The position numbers and the translations under genes were made by a program. Positions 26,913 to 40,141 of a DNA stretch of 64,000 nt are shown here, in pieces; the stretch's first letter is position 1; each line of letters starts with the position of its first letter. The stretch is taken from NCBI RefSeq assembly GCF_001194135.2, contig NC_068989.1, positions 69,999,313 to 70,063,312 of the forward strand, given 5' to 3'. This DNA comes from Octopus bimaculoides. Taxonomy: Eukaryota. The notes below the pieces were generated by a model that was not told the DNA's origin, ran no database searches, and saw nothing but the letters and a program-made list of their open reading frames with translations.

Positions 26913-27294
26913 TCAAGAGGTATGGAAGGTGAATATATTCATTTAATCACAGGACCCTTCTTCATGTAATAATAATTTCAGTGTATAATGAATTATGTTT
27001 ACATGTCTGCACTATTATGCATGTTGTGCATTATACACTACAACTGTATGTTTACAAATTGATGCAGATAATGAGAGCTAGGTCATCAGATCACCAGAAC
27101 ATCGTGTTTGTACTGATTCCACTCTGGGTTAAACCATGATTATACAATACATGTATTGTATAAGACATATCTGGCATATTAGTGCAGACATGTAAACATG
27201 AATTATTATACACTGAAATTATTATTACATGAAGACTGTGAATTGGCCATTATCCTGTAGTTAAATAAATATATTCACCTTTTGTACCTCTTGA
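26913..27294. repeat. Fold-back (long inverted repeat) element
   Basis: Outer arms tcaagaggta..aaggtgaatatatt / aatatattcacctt..tacctcttga. Inner arms 26959-27020 and 27174-27235 are nearly perfectly complementary. Perfect 24-bp palindrome at 27140-27163. Confidence 0.85.
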
Positions 27295-28759
27295 CTTTAT
27301 ATGGATGTACATTTGTATGAATGTGTGTGTATAATATACAAGTATCTGTGTGTGTGTGTATTCAGATATCTAGGTGTCTGTGGGTGTGATATATATAAGG
27401 CATATGCACAGTTTCTATCTCTCTATTAAATTTCATTATTAATCAAATGGTATTATGTCAGATGACCCTCACCCAAACTACTCTGCAGTAGTACTGAATC
27501 TAGAACCATGTTATTATTAGACAGACTTTCTTAAGCAGAACGCCATACCTATTACACCTGTATATATGTTCCAATAAATAATCAGAGTGATTTTGTTCAG
27601 AATATTATGCAATTGATGTTAAAAGGTGTTGTAATCAACTCTGAAATATCATTACCCTCTTGGTAGAAGCAGTTTCTGTTGTTGACTTTGTAAGGATTTC
27701 AGTGCTGTGAACTATGATATATTGACTCTTTCAGCTTTATGGTAGTTTTGCAGCTGCAACAATTAAAATGAAAACTTGTTTATTTACATTTCTGCTTGTA
27801 TCCTATCACATTAAACATTCAGAAAATAAACAGTGATGTTAGGATTTTTTTTTAATATGTATATAAACACATGATCAGTTTGTTATGCTATAACCTTATA
27901 TGAACCTTATATTGAATAGATATCTCTTTCAAAAACAAACATTATAGTTGCACATTTTTTTTACCTCTGTTGTCTGTCAGAATAATGTAGTTTACATACG
28001 TTGAAAATAACCTGAATTAGCTATTCTATGATATCATTATATCATGCTTTTTAATTTTTTTAACTGAAGAAAAGGATGTTGCCCAAAATCATTTTAAAAC
28101 TGTCTTTGCCTGGAAGATGGATCAATGTAGATAATCTTTAGATTAAACATTTCAAAGTCAGACATTGAAAGTAAACATGATGAGGCAGGAGGTAAAATCC
28201 AACGGTGTCAGCTTTTTAAGAAGGTTTGAAGGTTTGACTGAGTTGTAGTGTTTGGCATGGGCACCAAAGAGTAAAATGTTGTGGATTTGTGTGACAGGGA
28301 GGTTTAAACAGGTTTTTGTGGTGGTGAGATGCAAATGGAATTTTCACCAACTTCAGCAAAGCAAAATTTATTGTTGTTTAAAGAGGACAGAGTATTGTAA
28401 TGAGTAATAGGAGCAATGTTCCAATCATTTAATGTTTAAATATTTAAATCATACTCTGATATAAATTATATTTGAGATTTTGTGTAGAGTTAGCTTAAAT
28501 TTAGTGATGAAAAAAAAAACACTTGGTCTAGGTGAATCAAACTTATTTAAATATATATAATAATATATAATGAACTTATTGTATGCAGTGCTCGGGTGCA
28601 CTACAACTCATTAGAAAAAATAACCAAAACTGCATGAAGAGTTCAAAGAATATGCACAGGAAGTGAACAGTGAAAAAGTCTTAAACAATAAAGGAAGAAG
28701 AAACAGAGGTGGGGGGGGGGGGCATCAGGTATACTGTTGGTGAATTTCAGCAAGCATGG

Positions 28760-29400
28760 AAGTTTTGAAGAATATAATGTCTCAACAGTTAACTGATGCA
28801 GGTAGTTTATTCCATGCTTCAGTAATTCTGAGTATAAAAAAATGTTTCCAAAAGTCATGGGTGTTGTGCTGTTTTTTTGAATTTGTAAGCATGTCCATGA
28901 ATATTAGATGTATGGAATTCAAAAAGGTGCCTGTGGTTGTTGTTGGAAAGATGGTGGATAATCTTGTGGGTGCCTACAAGCTCAGTTGCCAGACATCAGA
29001 GCTTTAATGTGTCCTTGCCCAGGAAAGCAAGACATTCAAAGTATGATAGATGTCTGACGGTGATGCAAACTCTGTGTGGACATACCATAGTCATGTACAA
29101 CTTTAAATAGATAGCTGGAGAGCAGCTGACAAAGGTCTTACTGAGTGATGCTAAGACACTCTCAGTCTTCTTGACAATCTTAGAGATGTGATTTTTCCAA
29201 CACAGATCGCTGTTATGTGTCATCATAATGCACATGATGAAGTGTATGATGTTGGTGAGTACATTTTTATGAAGTAGTATCATGTCTTGTGTTATGGTAT
29301 CGTTCTGTAGGTTTAGGCTGTCATGTCACCAACCATAGGTTGTTTTTTCAGGTCTTTGTTCATAATGCCTGCAGATCATTCTGCCAGTTGTTATTTCAAT
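28760..29400 (-). mobile_element. CR1/L2-type LINE 3' remnant (RT C-terminal part)
   Basis: SDLCWKNHISKIVKKTESVLASLSKTFVSCSPAIYLKLYMTMVCP and KHFFILRITEAWNKLPASV match the CR1 patterns DLxWxxHIxxxxxKA...LYxxxVRP and FFSxRVVxxWNxLP; frameshifted. Confidence 0.8.
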
Positions 29401-29622
29401 TGATAAATGTTTAAGAATTCTGTGGAAGAGCTGTCTAAGAAAGAAATCATTGAATAATATAAAAGAAAGTTGCTGGCTTGAATATTCAAAGGCTGTACTT
29501 GGTAGCCAGAAATCAAATTGAATCTTTCTTGAAGAATATCACAACCTTTGCTCTCCACTATGATATATATTCTATTTATATATATCCATAAGTTTCATTT
29601 CTGTTCATTTTTCTTTTTGCAG

Positions 29623-29740
29623 CTTGTACCAATCCTGATATGGAATGCTCCTATGGTGCCTGGGTTGCTCCTGCTCTCATGTGTGTATATTTGCTCGTAG
29701 CTAACATTTTGTTAGTTAACCTACTTATTGCAAGATTCAA
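29623..29740 (+). CDS. trpm: TRPM channel internal exon (outer pore loop, S6)
   Basis: Missed by the ORF track. Acceptor ctttttgcag|CT; donor TTC AA|gtaagt; 118 nt, phase 1-2. Translates (P)[38 protein letters not shown](N), matching TRPM3 [29 protein letters not shown]. Confidence 0.95.
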
Positions 29741-29769
29741 GTAAGTTTATTTTAATTTATTATGATAAC

Positions 29770-30560
29770 ATATCTATTATAAACTACACAATCTTCAAAC
29801 TCTAGAGTGAAATTGGTTTTAACCTCTTACTGCAAGATCTTTTAATTGATAAAGAAGTCCGTTTAGTAAAGAAGGAAATTACCAGAATTGACATTTTAAA
29901 CCTCACGGCATGCCTACAGGAATTTCAGAGCTTGCGTGTCTGGTTCAAAGCATGTTTATCCTGGAACAGGATGAAGAACTTTCCTGAGAAGCAAAGATTA
30001 CATTTCATAGGTCTTTTATAAGCTCCATGTCTGTATGATGATGCTTTTTCTAGAATTTTTCAGGTTACATTGAAAGGACAGGTGTTATTCTCTTTCAGTT
30101 CCCAGACATGCTTTACAAGACTATTTGCTGTCCTATTCTCAGGGTATCAGAAAGAATCTTGGTGGGAATAGAATCGAGTCTTGAATGAATTTTCCAAAGC
30201 ACCTGTGTATGTTTTATATTCTTGTGAGCCATCTACTTGCACTTTAGCTCTATAAACAATTCCTTTTTCAAAACATTTACTTTCTAATGGACAGCAAGTC
30301 TTATCTTTGAAGTTGCAGTTCCTCAGATTAGATTCAGTACAGTAGTTGTTTGTAATAATTTTCGTGTTATGTTGGTTGATAAAAAGAGGCAAAGTTTTTA
30401 CAACAAGAATACCTAACCTTCAGTGTTGTCCTATTAAAATTTCTATAGAACTTATGGCTAGATTGAAAATGTTTAGAAACTAATTTTAAGAATTCCCTAC
30501 TTATATTAAATGTGGGCTTAAACCACAAAACTTTCCAAGTTCTAGTTCTACGTGGTCTAT
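29770..30560 (-). mobile_element. Penelope-like element remnant (GIY-YIG endonuclease region)
   Basis: KHFQSSHKFYRNFNRTTLKVRYSC, then CNFKDKTCCPLESKCFEKGIVYRAKV...KTYTGALENSFKTRFYSHQDSF, then SLVKHVWELKE; matches the PLE pattern CNC..CPL.G.C....IVY.A....YIG..E..FK.R..NH..SF. Confidence 0.85.
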
Positions 30561-30963
30561 TATTGTTAGAATTAGCTTGACTATACTGGATCTTCTCTAA
30601 GAATTCGCTTTTCCTTAATGCACTATTGTAATACAGTGCTGCATTTTGAAATGCTGTCTCATCTGAAGAGATTGATGATATTCACCTTCCTACATTACTA
30701 ACTAGATTCTTAAGAATTACGGGTAGATGATTAGTTTCTTTGCTAATATAACATAGCTTTTCATTGGGCTTACAGTAGGGTTTAAATTTATTTAATTGCA
30801 AATCTAAGTTGATATCTAAAAAATCTACATTATTAAGGTTACTGCAACTGCAAAATAACAGTTTTTGTGATATTTTTGTTGCTTTTTAATAAAGCATATT
30901 ACTTTACCTCTGGTATTCGAGTACTATTTCTTCCATCTTGTTTCACATCTATATGCTTACTCT

Positions 30964-31007
<44 letters not shown>

Positions 31008-31817
31008 ATTAGTTTGTTGAAATAATGTTTTGAAACATTCACCTGGCTTCCTCTTCTTTTATTTGTCTTACCTTTTAGTCGGGAAGGAAGGCAATGTCCA
31101 TGACCGTTTACAGGGCCTCCAAGACTTGTGGGAGGGAGGGGGTATCCTCAGACCAGGAACCTGGTCTACATGCTTGCAATAAAATGGGATCTGTTAAAGG
31201 CACACAAGCTGCTAGGTGGTGGGGTTTAATTGGGTGGAACTCAAAATGCAAAGAGCCTGGACAAATACAACAAAGTATCTGGTCTAATATTCTTACAGTT
31301 CCACTACTCCACCATCTTAGATTGATACTTCATCCTTCATCTGCCCAGAAAGGATAAAAGCTGACTTGAACTCAGAGTACAGAGAATTGGAACAACTGCC
31401 ATGAAGCAGTCTGTTCAATGCCCTAATGATTGTGCCAATTCACTACTATATGATAAAAATATCTATCTTCGCTTTAGAAATTTTGCAAATTTGCCTTCTG
31501 GTAAAAAATCTCCTCTAAATTTCTGTTTGTATGTTCTTGCATTTCTGTTTTCAGATAATTTTATGAATTCCTTATCACTCAATCCAATTGTAGTTTGCAA
31601 GTAGTAAATTTTTCTCTTGCATCTGTCAGTTGAGGAATTGTTTTCATATCATCAATTAAAAATTTCACTTTCACACACACATTTCTTTCATTGCAGCTCA
31701 TTAAAGTATCTCTATATAAATGATCTTCTATTGAATTTCATTATTCTTTAACTTGTATATTTCTATAATCCATATTTCTGATTTCAGTGTTATAGCCACA
31801 TTTAGAACATGTTTTAA

Positions 31818-32325
31818 TCCTTTTGTTACCAAATTTCAATTGAAATACATTGTTTATATTTCAATAAATTTTGAAAATAATGAAGAGTTTAGTAAAATAA
31901 CTTTGTCCTTATTAAGTTAGTGTTCTGAACATAAACATGAAATTTTGTTACAAGGTTTTTAATTTAGATCAGGGGTTCTCTACCACTTTTTACCTATGGA
32001 CTCCTTTGATTGCTATTTTGTTCTGGTGGACCCCCATAGCCATTCAATGTTTAAAGATACTTCTTTCAAAATTCCTATTTTGTTTTTCACACATTGCCTT
32101 GTGCAGATTGAACAATTTAAAACTTTAGAGAAGAAAATCCAAGCTGTTTCTTGCAGTACATACTAATATATACATCTGAAGCAAAATTTTTTTAGAGGCC
32201 TTTAAAATACAATTTGTTAAGTGGACCCCAAAAATCCTATATAGACCCCCAGTTGAGAACCACTGATTTAGATCACTTTAAAAAGGGAAGTAGGGGCCAT
32301 CTCAAGAATCTTGGTATCAAAAGGG
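31818..32325. mobile_element. piggyBac-like MITE family 1 (host of the hAT MITE)
   Basis: TTAA-(T/C)CCTTTTG ... CAAAAGGG-TTAA ends. Same body (ttcaattaattttgaaaataatgaagaattt...ggtatcaaaagggttaa) recurs at about 8615-8780, 20473-20762 and 24506-24737. Confidence 0.75.
31970..32265. mobile_element. hAT (Charlie-like) MITE
   Basis: Ends CAGGGGTTCTC ... GTTGAGAACCACTG; 8-bp TSD ATTTAGAT at 31962-31969 and 32266-32273. Confidence 0.88.
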
Positions 32326-32434
32326 TTAATTAAAATTGTTCATTTGTTAATTTTCTGAATTATTGTTTTTTACAATTTGAAAAAAAAAAATCATATTCAA
32401 CAGAATTTCTTTTTTTCTTTTTTCAATTTTTTAG

Positions 32435-32625
32435 TGCAACATTCATTCGCAATAATGCTAATTCCAGAGAAATTTGGAAATTCCAACGATATCAGCTCAT
32501 TATTGTATATGAGCTACGACCCCTTTTACCTCCACCTCTCATCTTACTCAGCCATTTATTCCTTACTTTAAAGTTTATCAAACGAAGGTGTCAGGGAAAA
32601 CGAGATTATTTTGATAATGGCCTCA
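32435..32625 (+). CDS. trpm: TRPM channel internal exon (TRP box / TRP domain)
   Basis: Missed by the ORF track. Acceptor aattttttag|T; donor CTC A|gtaagt; 191 nt, phase 2-1. Translates ATFIRNNANSREIWKFQRYQLIIVYELRPLLPPPLILLSHLFLTLKFIKRRCQGKRDYFDNGL; contains the WKFQRY TRP box and the LPPP motif. Confidence 0.96.
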
Positions 32626-35600
32626 GTAAGTATTATTACCAAACTATATTAAATCTTTCAAATAAGCTATGCTTATGTTTCTGTTTCTCTCATTGAACCT
32701 TACTCATTAATAGTTTTGCCTTATTGCATTCAGATTAGTCTATCAAATTCTCTTGTTTTGAATTAATCATGCATTGTCTTATAACTTCGATTTTTCAATG
32801 ATGTGATTGTTTATTTTTAGAATGATATTGAGGGTAGTTGTGAGCAGCTGGATATGGCTGGCTTGAATATTAAAGGGTTAAATATCAATCATATTCATTT
32901 TTCCCATTAAAAATTATCAATTAATCTTATTTGCATTATATCTTATAGATTCTTTATTTGTGATTATCTGTAAAATGATGAGACAGAGTTTTCAAATAAA
33001 AGTTTTCAGTTTAGTCAAATAAAAGTTTTCAGTTTAGTGTTTGAAGCTGGACAAAAGCAGGAACATTTTTTTTGTTTTTGCAGAGTTGCTGGAATAACTT
33101 GAAGAATTTAATGAATATTATCATCAGCACAATATAATCATATTTACTTAGTTCTAGTTCCATTGCTAAAATATATTTTGATTCTTATGCTAACTTTCCA
33201 CAGTGAAGGTAGATAATGTATAATAAACCATCTTAGATTAATACTTTTTTTTTCATCTGCCCTGAAAGGATAAATGGCAAAGTGAACCTCAGTTGAATTT
33301 GAACTCAGAGTACAGTGAGTTGGAACAACTACCATGAAGCAGTCTGTTTGATGCTTTAATGATTGTGCCAATTCACCACTATATCGTAAAAATATATTTT
33401 TCCTGTACAAAGAAAAAGAAAATCTATTTTGGCCCTTTTATACATCAGCAATGCTTTAACATCCACTTTTCCATGAACCAGACAGAGTTGATAGAGGCAG
33501 ATTTTCTCTGGCCAAGAATCTCTTTGCAGAATATTGAAAACGAATGACACTGCTTATATGACAGTGGCAATCATTTACAATTATCATATGATGCCAAGGG
33601 AGAGAGAGACACAAACATACACACACATTTACATACATATATACATGATGAATTGGTTTTAGTTTCCATTTACCAAATTCACTCACAAGGCTTTGGTTAG
33701 GCTAGGATTATAGTAGAAGACACTCATGGTGCCATGCAGCAGGACTGAACCCAAAGCCATGTAGTTAGGAAGCAAACTTCCTAACCACACAGCTGTACAT
33801 TACCAATAATTTAATCAATTTTACAGTAAATGTCTTTCCATTAAGTCACCTTTCACTACCTTAACCTTGGTCAGCTTTATTGAAAATAGGGAGCACTTTA
33901 TGCTCACAGCTGAGTTGATAGCATTAGAAGACAATCCATTTGCTCTATTAATTCCAGTAGTTCTTCACCAAAATTTAATGTCTGTCATCATAGAAATGTT
34001 TCTTTGCTTAAAACCATTTTAGTTAAGAGGAAAATAAATGCTTTCAAATGATTTGCTGTCGTCAAGAATAAATAACTGTAGTGTGATTGTTATGTTTTGG
34101 AATTAGATATCGCATGGCTATTCTTAGTATACTCTTGGACATTTTTAGCTTAAGGGAAATGTACCAAACTAATTATTCTCTTGGAATTTCAAATGTGCAT
34201 TCAATATTGTTTATTTTTAGCTTATATTTATTTTGCTCAGATTTTAGGTAATTCTTTGTCACATAATCCTTTCTTTTTCCATTTTCCTTTTTTCTTTCTT
34301 TTTTTTTTATTACAAGTAACAGGTGAAGATGCATAATCTAGTGAGGCACATAGCTTAGTGGTTAGGATATTCAGTTCATGGTCATAAAGCCATCAGTTCG
34401 ATTTCTGGTGGTGCATTGATATCCTTGAGCAAAATACTTTATTTCCTGTTGCTCCAGTCCATTCAGCTTACAAAAATGAGTAGTACCTGTATTTCAAAGG
34501 GCCAACCTTGCCACATTCTGTGTCACACTGACTTTCTGAGAACTATGATAAAAGTATGCGTATCTGTGGAGTGCTCAGCCACTTACATATTAATTTCACA
34601 AGCAGGCTGTTCCATTGAGCGGATCAACTGGGACCCATGTTGTCATAACTAACAGAGTCCCACTTAGTTGAAGGCATTGCATTCATGATCGTAAGATCAT
34701 GGTTTTGATTCCCAAACTGGTTGATGCATTATATTATTGAGCAAAACACTTCATTTCATGTTGCTTCAGTCCTCTCAGCTGTAGATGAGTTCCAATAATA
34801 GCTGGGAAGCTAACCCTGTGACAAACCACTGTCCTGTTCAGGAATACTGTTGTTATAATCTCAGTCACTTATACACCATCAAAACTGAGTTAATCTCTGG
34901 CCTCGTGTCCTAACATTGCAGACCTAACAACTAACTTGCTTTATAAAGAATTATCTTACTCTATACCATCATCATCATTTGTTCACTTTTCCTTCTTGCA
35001 TGGGTTAGATGAAGTTTATTGAGATAGATTTTTTTATTACTAGATGTCCTTCATGTCTCCAACCCTCACCTGTTTCTAAGCACTATATATTTAATGATGA
35101 GTCCAAAGAATCAGCATCATCATTGTCTAATGTCCACTTTCCATGCTTGCATGCATTGGATGGTTTGAAATGGAGCTGGCAAGCAGGGAGCTGATCAGTC
35201 TCCAACTGTCTGTTGTGGCTGGATGTCCTTCCTAACACCAACCATTTAACAGAGTGTGCTGGGTGCTTTATACGTGCCACCAACATGGGTGCATTTACGC
35301 AGCACTGGCACAGGTGCTTTTAATAGATTAAGATATATATACATGCCAAACTGACAAGGTTTCTCTCCTTGCTACCCTTTTAACTATCTTTAAAATAGTT
35401 GTATACAAAAAATATTGCTTGGTATAATGATATGAGTTTAGTCACATTGTTGTGAAAAGATTTTCAGTTTAGTGTTTGGAGGTAGACAAAACAGAAACAT
35501 AATTTTTTGGCCATTGCTGGCACAATTTGATTATAATATTAACTAACCAACTTATGTATAGTTTAATAATCTTTCACCAAAAGTGTTTTGTGATGGTCTT

Positions 35601-37256
35601 TCTTTTTTTTTCCTTAGAAATTCACCTTTAAATAAAATGAAGAAATCTATTTTATATACATTAAACATTAAGCTCAATATAAAGTATAGGAAATTATTAT
35701 TGTTTTAATAAATAACATTTCTCATATTTTGTACAACTTTCCAATAGTTGCACTATTTCAATACAGTTATGTTTACACATAGACACACAAACAAAAATAC
35801 ATGGAGAATAACTCTTTTCTCTTTGGACTTGTAATTTCATTTGGCATTTAAATAATAAAAGTACATACAAATGCTTTAATAGTACTTTGTGGTTCTGAAA
35901 TCCCCCCCTCCCTTTTTATGCTTCTCTGTATTTACAATTATCATTTGATAGGTCATTTTACAAGTTTGCAAAATCTGTTGGTTTTTTTTCTTCCTTTTTT
36001 TTTAGAGAGAGGAAGAAAGAAAGATGGGATAGTAAACTATATCTAAGATGTGTGACCTAGCAGTTGAGCAACTGGGTTCTTGATCATAAGGTCATGGGTT
36101 CAATTTCCAGTCCAGTAGGTGCATTGTGTCCTTGGGCAAAGCACTTTACTTCACATTGACCTGATGGTTAGGGTGTTGCATTGTGTTCTTGATCAAAACA
36201 CTCCGTTCCTCATTGTTTCATCCCACTCAGCTACAAATGAGTTCCAGCAATGGCAGGGAAGTTAGCCCTGTGATGGACTAGCATCCTGTTCAGGAGAGAG
36301 TGTTGTAATCTAAGTCATTTATATGCCATGGAAACTATGGTAAGCTCTGGCCTTGAGTCCTAAGGCTCATGACAATCCAACCAACTGGCAAAAAATGTTT
36401 ATTAAAATAGAGCGACCAATCAGAATCATATTATTGTGGCAGCATTGGAAAGCCAGAGGTACAAACAAAAACATTCAGGGATGAAAATAAATACATATTC
36501 TATCATAAACTATATCCAGTATTTGAGATTGACAGCCATGTATTGTATAAGAACACAGCATCAAGATATCATTGTTTAGTCATCTCTGGTCAAGAAGACC
36601 AATATGATGAATGCTAAAGGATGAAATAAATATAAAAACCAAGATTATATTTTGCTACATGAAGGCAGTGGCTGAGTTGCTGGACAAAATGCTTGGCTGC
36701 ATTTCATCCATCTTTATGTCCTGAGTTGAAATTCTGCCAAGGTCATCCATGCTTTTCATCTTCCCAGGGTCAATAAAATAAGCACTTGTTGAGAACTGAA
36801 GTCAATGTAATCAACTTATCCCCTCCTCCGAAATTGCTGGCTTTGTGCCAAAATTTGAATTCAATATTTTGCTACATATGATATAATTGTCTGAAATATT
36901 TTCTTTTGAAATTTTCTACTTATATATAGTTTTTCACTGTTAACTACTCAATTATGATAATGAAGAAGAGGTAATTAGTTGTTGGTAAAAAAAAGAGAAA
37001 AGATATAAACGTTTTTGTAATATAGATAAAAGTACTTTTAATTACCTATTTTGAATGTTGATTGCAGCTATATTTAAGTATGTGTGTATGTATGTGTTCA
37101 CTTCAGTTAGTCTATATAAAAGTAATCCCCCTAGTTTGAAACCAGTTTGATAAGTGCTAATGCATGAAACTCTCAGCCATTGAGTTACTATGTAATGTTT
37201 GCCTAGTAAACAGGAATACATGTGCATGCATGTGTGTATGTTAGTATATATGTGTA

Positions 37257-37307
<51 letters not shown>

Positions 37308-38127
37308 NNNNNNNNNNNNNNNNNNNNNNNNNNNNNNNNNNNNNNNNNNNNNNNNNNNNNNNNNNNNNNNNNNNNNNNNNNNNNNNNNNNNNNNNNNNNN
37401 NNNNNNNNNNNNNNNNNNNNNNNNNNNNNNNNNNNNNNNNNNNNNNNNNNNNNNNNNNNNNNNNNNNNNNNNNNNNNNNNNNNNNNNNNNNNNNNNNNNN
37501 NNNNNNNNNNNNNNNNNNNNNNNNNNNNNNNNNNNNNNNNNNNNNNNNNNNNNNNNTATCATGGCTACTGAATAAATGTCACATACTTTTACAGATAAAT
37601 TCCTCTATTTACATAATATCGAGGTCTCTTTCTTTCTTTCTTTTGTTGTCCTTCCTATCTATATATCATCGTTTAACGTCCGCTTTCCATGCTAGCATGG
37701 GTTGGACGATTTGACTGAGGACTGGTGAAACCGGATGGCAACATCAGGCTCCAGTCTAATATATATATATATCTCAGTTGATAAACTGGAAAATAAGAAT
37801 TCTTCACCATATTCCAAAATATTTGCTTCATCAATTGACCATCCTCAACTCCCTTTCCATTACATAAAACTGTTCTAATACATATGCGGGTTTGTTTGTT
37901 TAGAAAGAAAATAAGTATAAATTTTTAAAATGTCCAACTCAAAATTATCAACTAATTAAAAAAATTGATAATTATTAAAAGAAAGATTTCAAAGAAAACA
38001 TTTTGCATTACAATAAATTGTAAAGTATTTTGAGTGTATATTTTTTTTGAAATTTATTGTGTTTCTAAACTTGAAAGAAAATTACTACTTTTTTTCTTTT
38101 TTCTTTTTTTGTGTATGTATTATACAG

Positions 38128-38260
38128 AACTATTCTTATCACATGAGGATACTGAAAAATTACATGCCTTTGAAGAAGAGAATGTTGAAGATTACTTTAG
38201 AGAGAAAGACAGCAAATTTCAATCTAGCACAGATGAACGTATTCGAGTAATAAGTGATAG
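38128..38260 (+). CDS. trpm: TRPM channel internal exon (helix before the coiled coil)
   Basis: Acceptor tattatacag|AA; donor GAT AG|gtgagt; 133 nt, phase 1-2. Translates (K)LFLSHEDTEKLHAFEEENVEDYFREKDSKFQSSTDERIRVISD(R), close to TRPM3 KLF...[35 protein letters not shown]. Confidence 0.95.
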
Positions 38261-39584
38261 GTGAGTGGTATTTTAACTATGCGTTTTTGGGTGGAAGAAA
38301 TTTTTTTTTTAAATCGAAGTACATGATCATCACACCATCATCACCACCATTACCACCACCACCATCATCATATCTCCTTTCTATGCTGGCATGAGTTGGA
38401 TAGGTTGTCTTGGTTCGAGTCAGTCTCCTATTGGAAGCTTACTGCTCCTTAAGTTCAAGTGCTCATACACAACATTTGGTTTGATTTCTATGGTTGGATC
38501 CACTTTCTAATACCACCCACTTTACAGAGTGTACTGGGTTCATTTTTGTCATTGCACTAATGCTAGAGAGGTTCACCAGTTCTTGGTGAGACAGGACTAG
38601 AGGGACCTCTCATAACCCTATACTTTCTCTAGTCCTACAGCCATACTTTTCTGAGAAAAACCTACATTGTCATCATCATTTAAAGTCCATATTCCATGCG
38701 TATGTGTTTGTGTCTTTCCATTTTCCTGACATTGTTTGCACATTATGTACACTATGTCATTGCTTGAGTCTGCGACAAAAGGCATGTCTAGCTGTCTGGG
38801 CACTATGCGAAAAAGCAACAGTGTTTTTGTTTACATCTGTCCCAAAAACAGGTTGAGTCATCAAGTTGCTTGTCATTTGAAAGCCAAGCCCAAGGGAAAT
38901 AGCCACCCCTGGGTTGCTACTGGAAACAATGAGGGTTGGTGACAGGAAGAGCATCAAGTTATAAAAAAAGACTTCCCCTAACAAATCTAATCTGACCTAT
39001 TCTAGCATGGAAAAAGTGGGCCTTAAAATTGATGATGGTAGTGGTAGTGGTTATCAATGTTGTTGTCATCGCCATTTCAAAAATAATAATAATGATGATG
39101 ATGAATTCTCCCATCAAAGACGACGTATGAGTGATAAGCTTTTGCTGAATGACATGCACAAAATGATTTGTTTGTAGTGATCAAATGTTCATGTCACACA
39201 TTAGATCACTCGCTCCATCAAATTGACATTGTCTGAACAGGTGCACTGTGAGCCACACGTCAGATGTTGAAGTGATCGCAGAGCAATGTGAGATGAAGTG
39301 TTTTGCTCAAGAACACAACACGCCACCCAGTCTAGGAACTGAAACCACGGTTTAGCGATCATGAGTGCAACACCCTAACCACTAAGCCATTCGCCCTCAC
39401 ATAATAATAATAATAACGATAATAATTCTTGCTACTAAAAGTACAAGGTCTGAAATTTTGATAGGAGGAGACTAGTTGATTACATCAACCCCAGTATTTC
39501 ACTGGTACTTAATTTATTGACCCCGAAAGGATAAAAGGCTAAGTTAACCTCGGCGGAAATATAATAATAATAATAGTACCAGGA

Positions 39585-40080
39585 GGTGGCTCTCATGGCA
39601 TTTGATCTTAACTGATTGGAAGTGTTATCATGTACGTGTTTTATCTTGGTATAAAAAAGATGGCCTTACAGCAAATATTTTGCTCAGTACCACAGATTTG
39701 CCTGGCCTTAATCAGTTGAGTATGTCCCTTAGTGGCTGACAATATGTGCATCTCTGATCACGAGCAGAAGTAGTGGGGGAGCATCATAGCCATGTGTTGA
39801 GAGGAATTCTTTGGGGTTTGAATAATTCACCCCTGGAAACACAGGTGTTTCATTTATCATCCTTAAACAAACCTTATTCAGGAACCTTTTGAGCAGGATG
39901 GGCTACTTGATGTGAAGAAAATTGTAACTGGGCCCCACCTGCAAGGTCATGTGCACATATGGTTGTGATGCATGTGCCTGGTGTACCCTTATCAGACAGG
40001 TAGTCATGATGGGTATACTGGGCTTCATATGTTTGTACCCCATTGTCACTTTGATGTCATAAACTGCTCTCTCACTCATT
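39585..40080. repeat. Unclassified dispersed repeat
   Basis: 39671-39825 matches 47507-47672 in reverse complement (tgtcccttagtgg..acaatatgtgcatctctgatca...tgttgagag.aattctttggggtttgaataa). Confidence 0.65.
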
Positions 40081-40141
40081 GATAATAATGTTTTTCCTCT
40101 CAGATAAATCAGAAATTAATTTTTATTATTTTATTTTGCAG

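Noticed and set aside
40102-40141. Upstream AG acceptors for the terminal exon
   Set aside because: The AG at 40102-40103 is out of frame; the AG at 40140-40141 has the better pyrimidine tract and gives a homologous junction.
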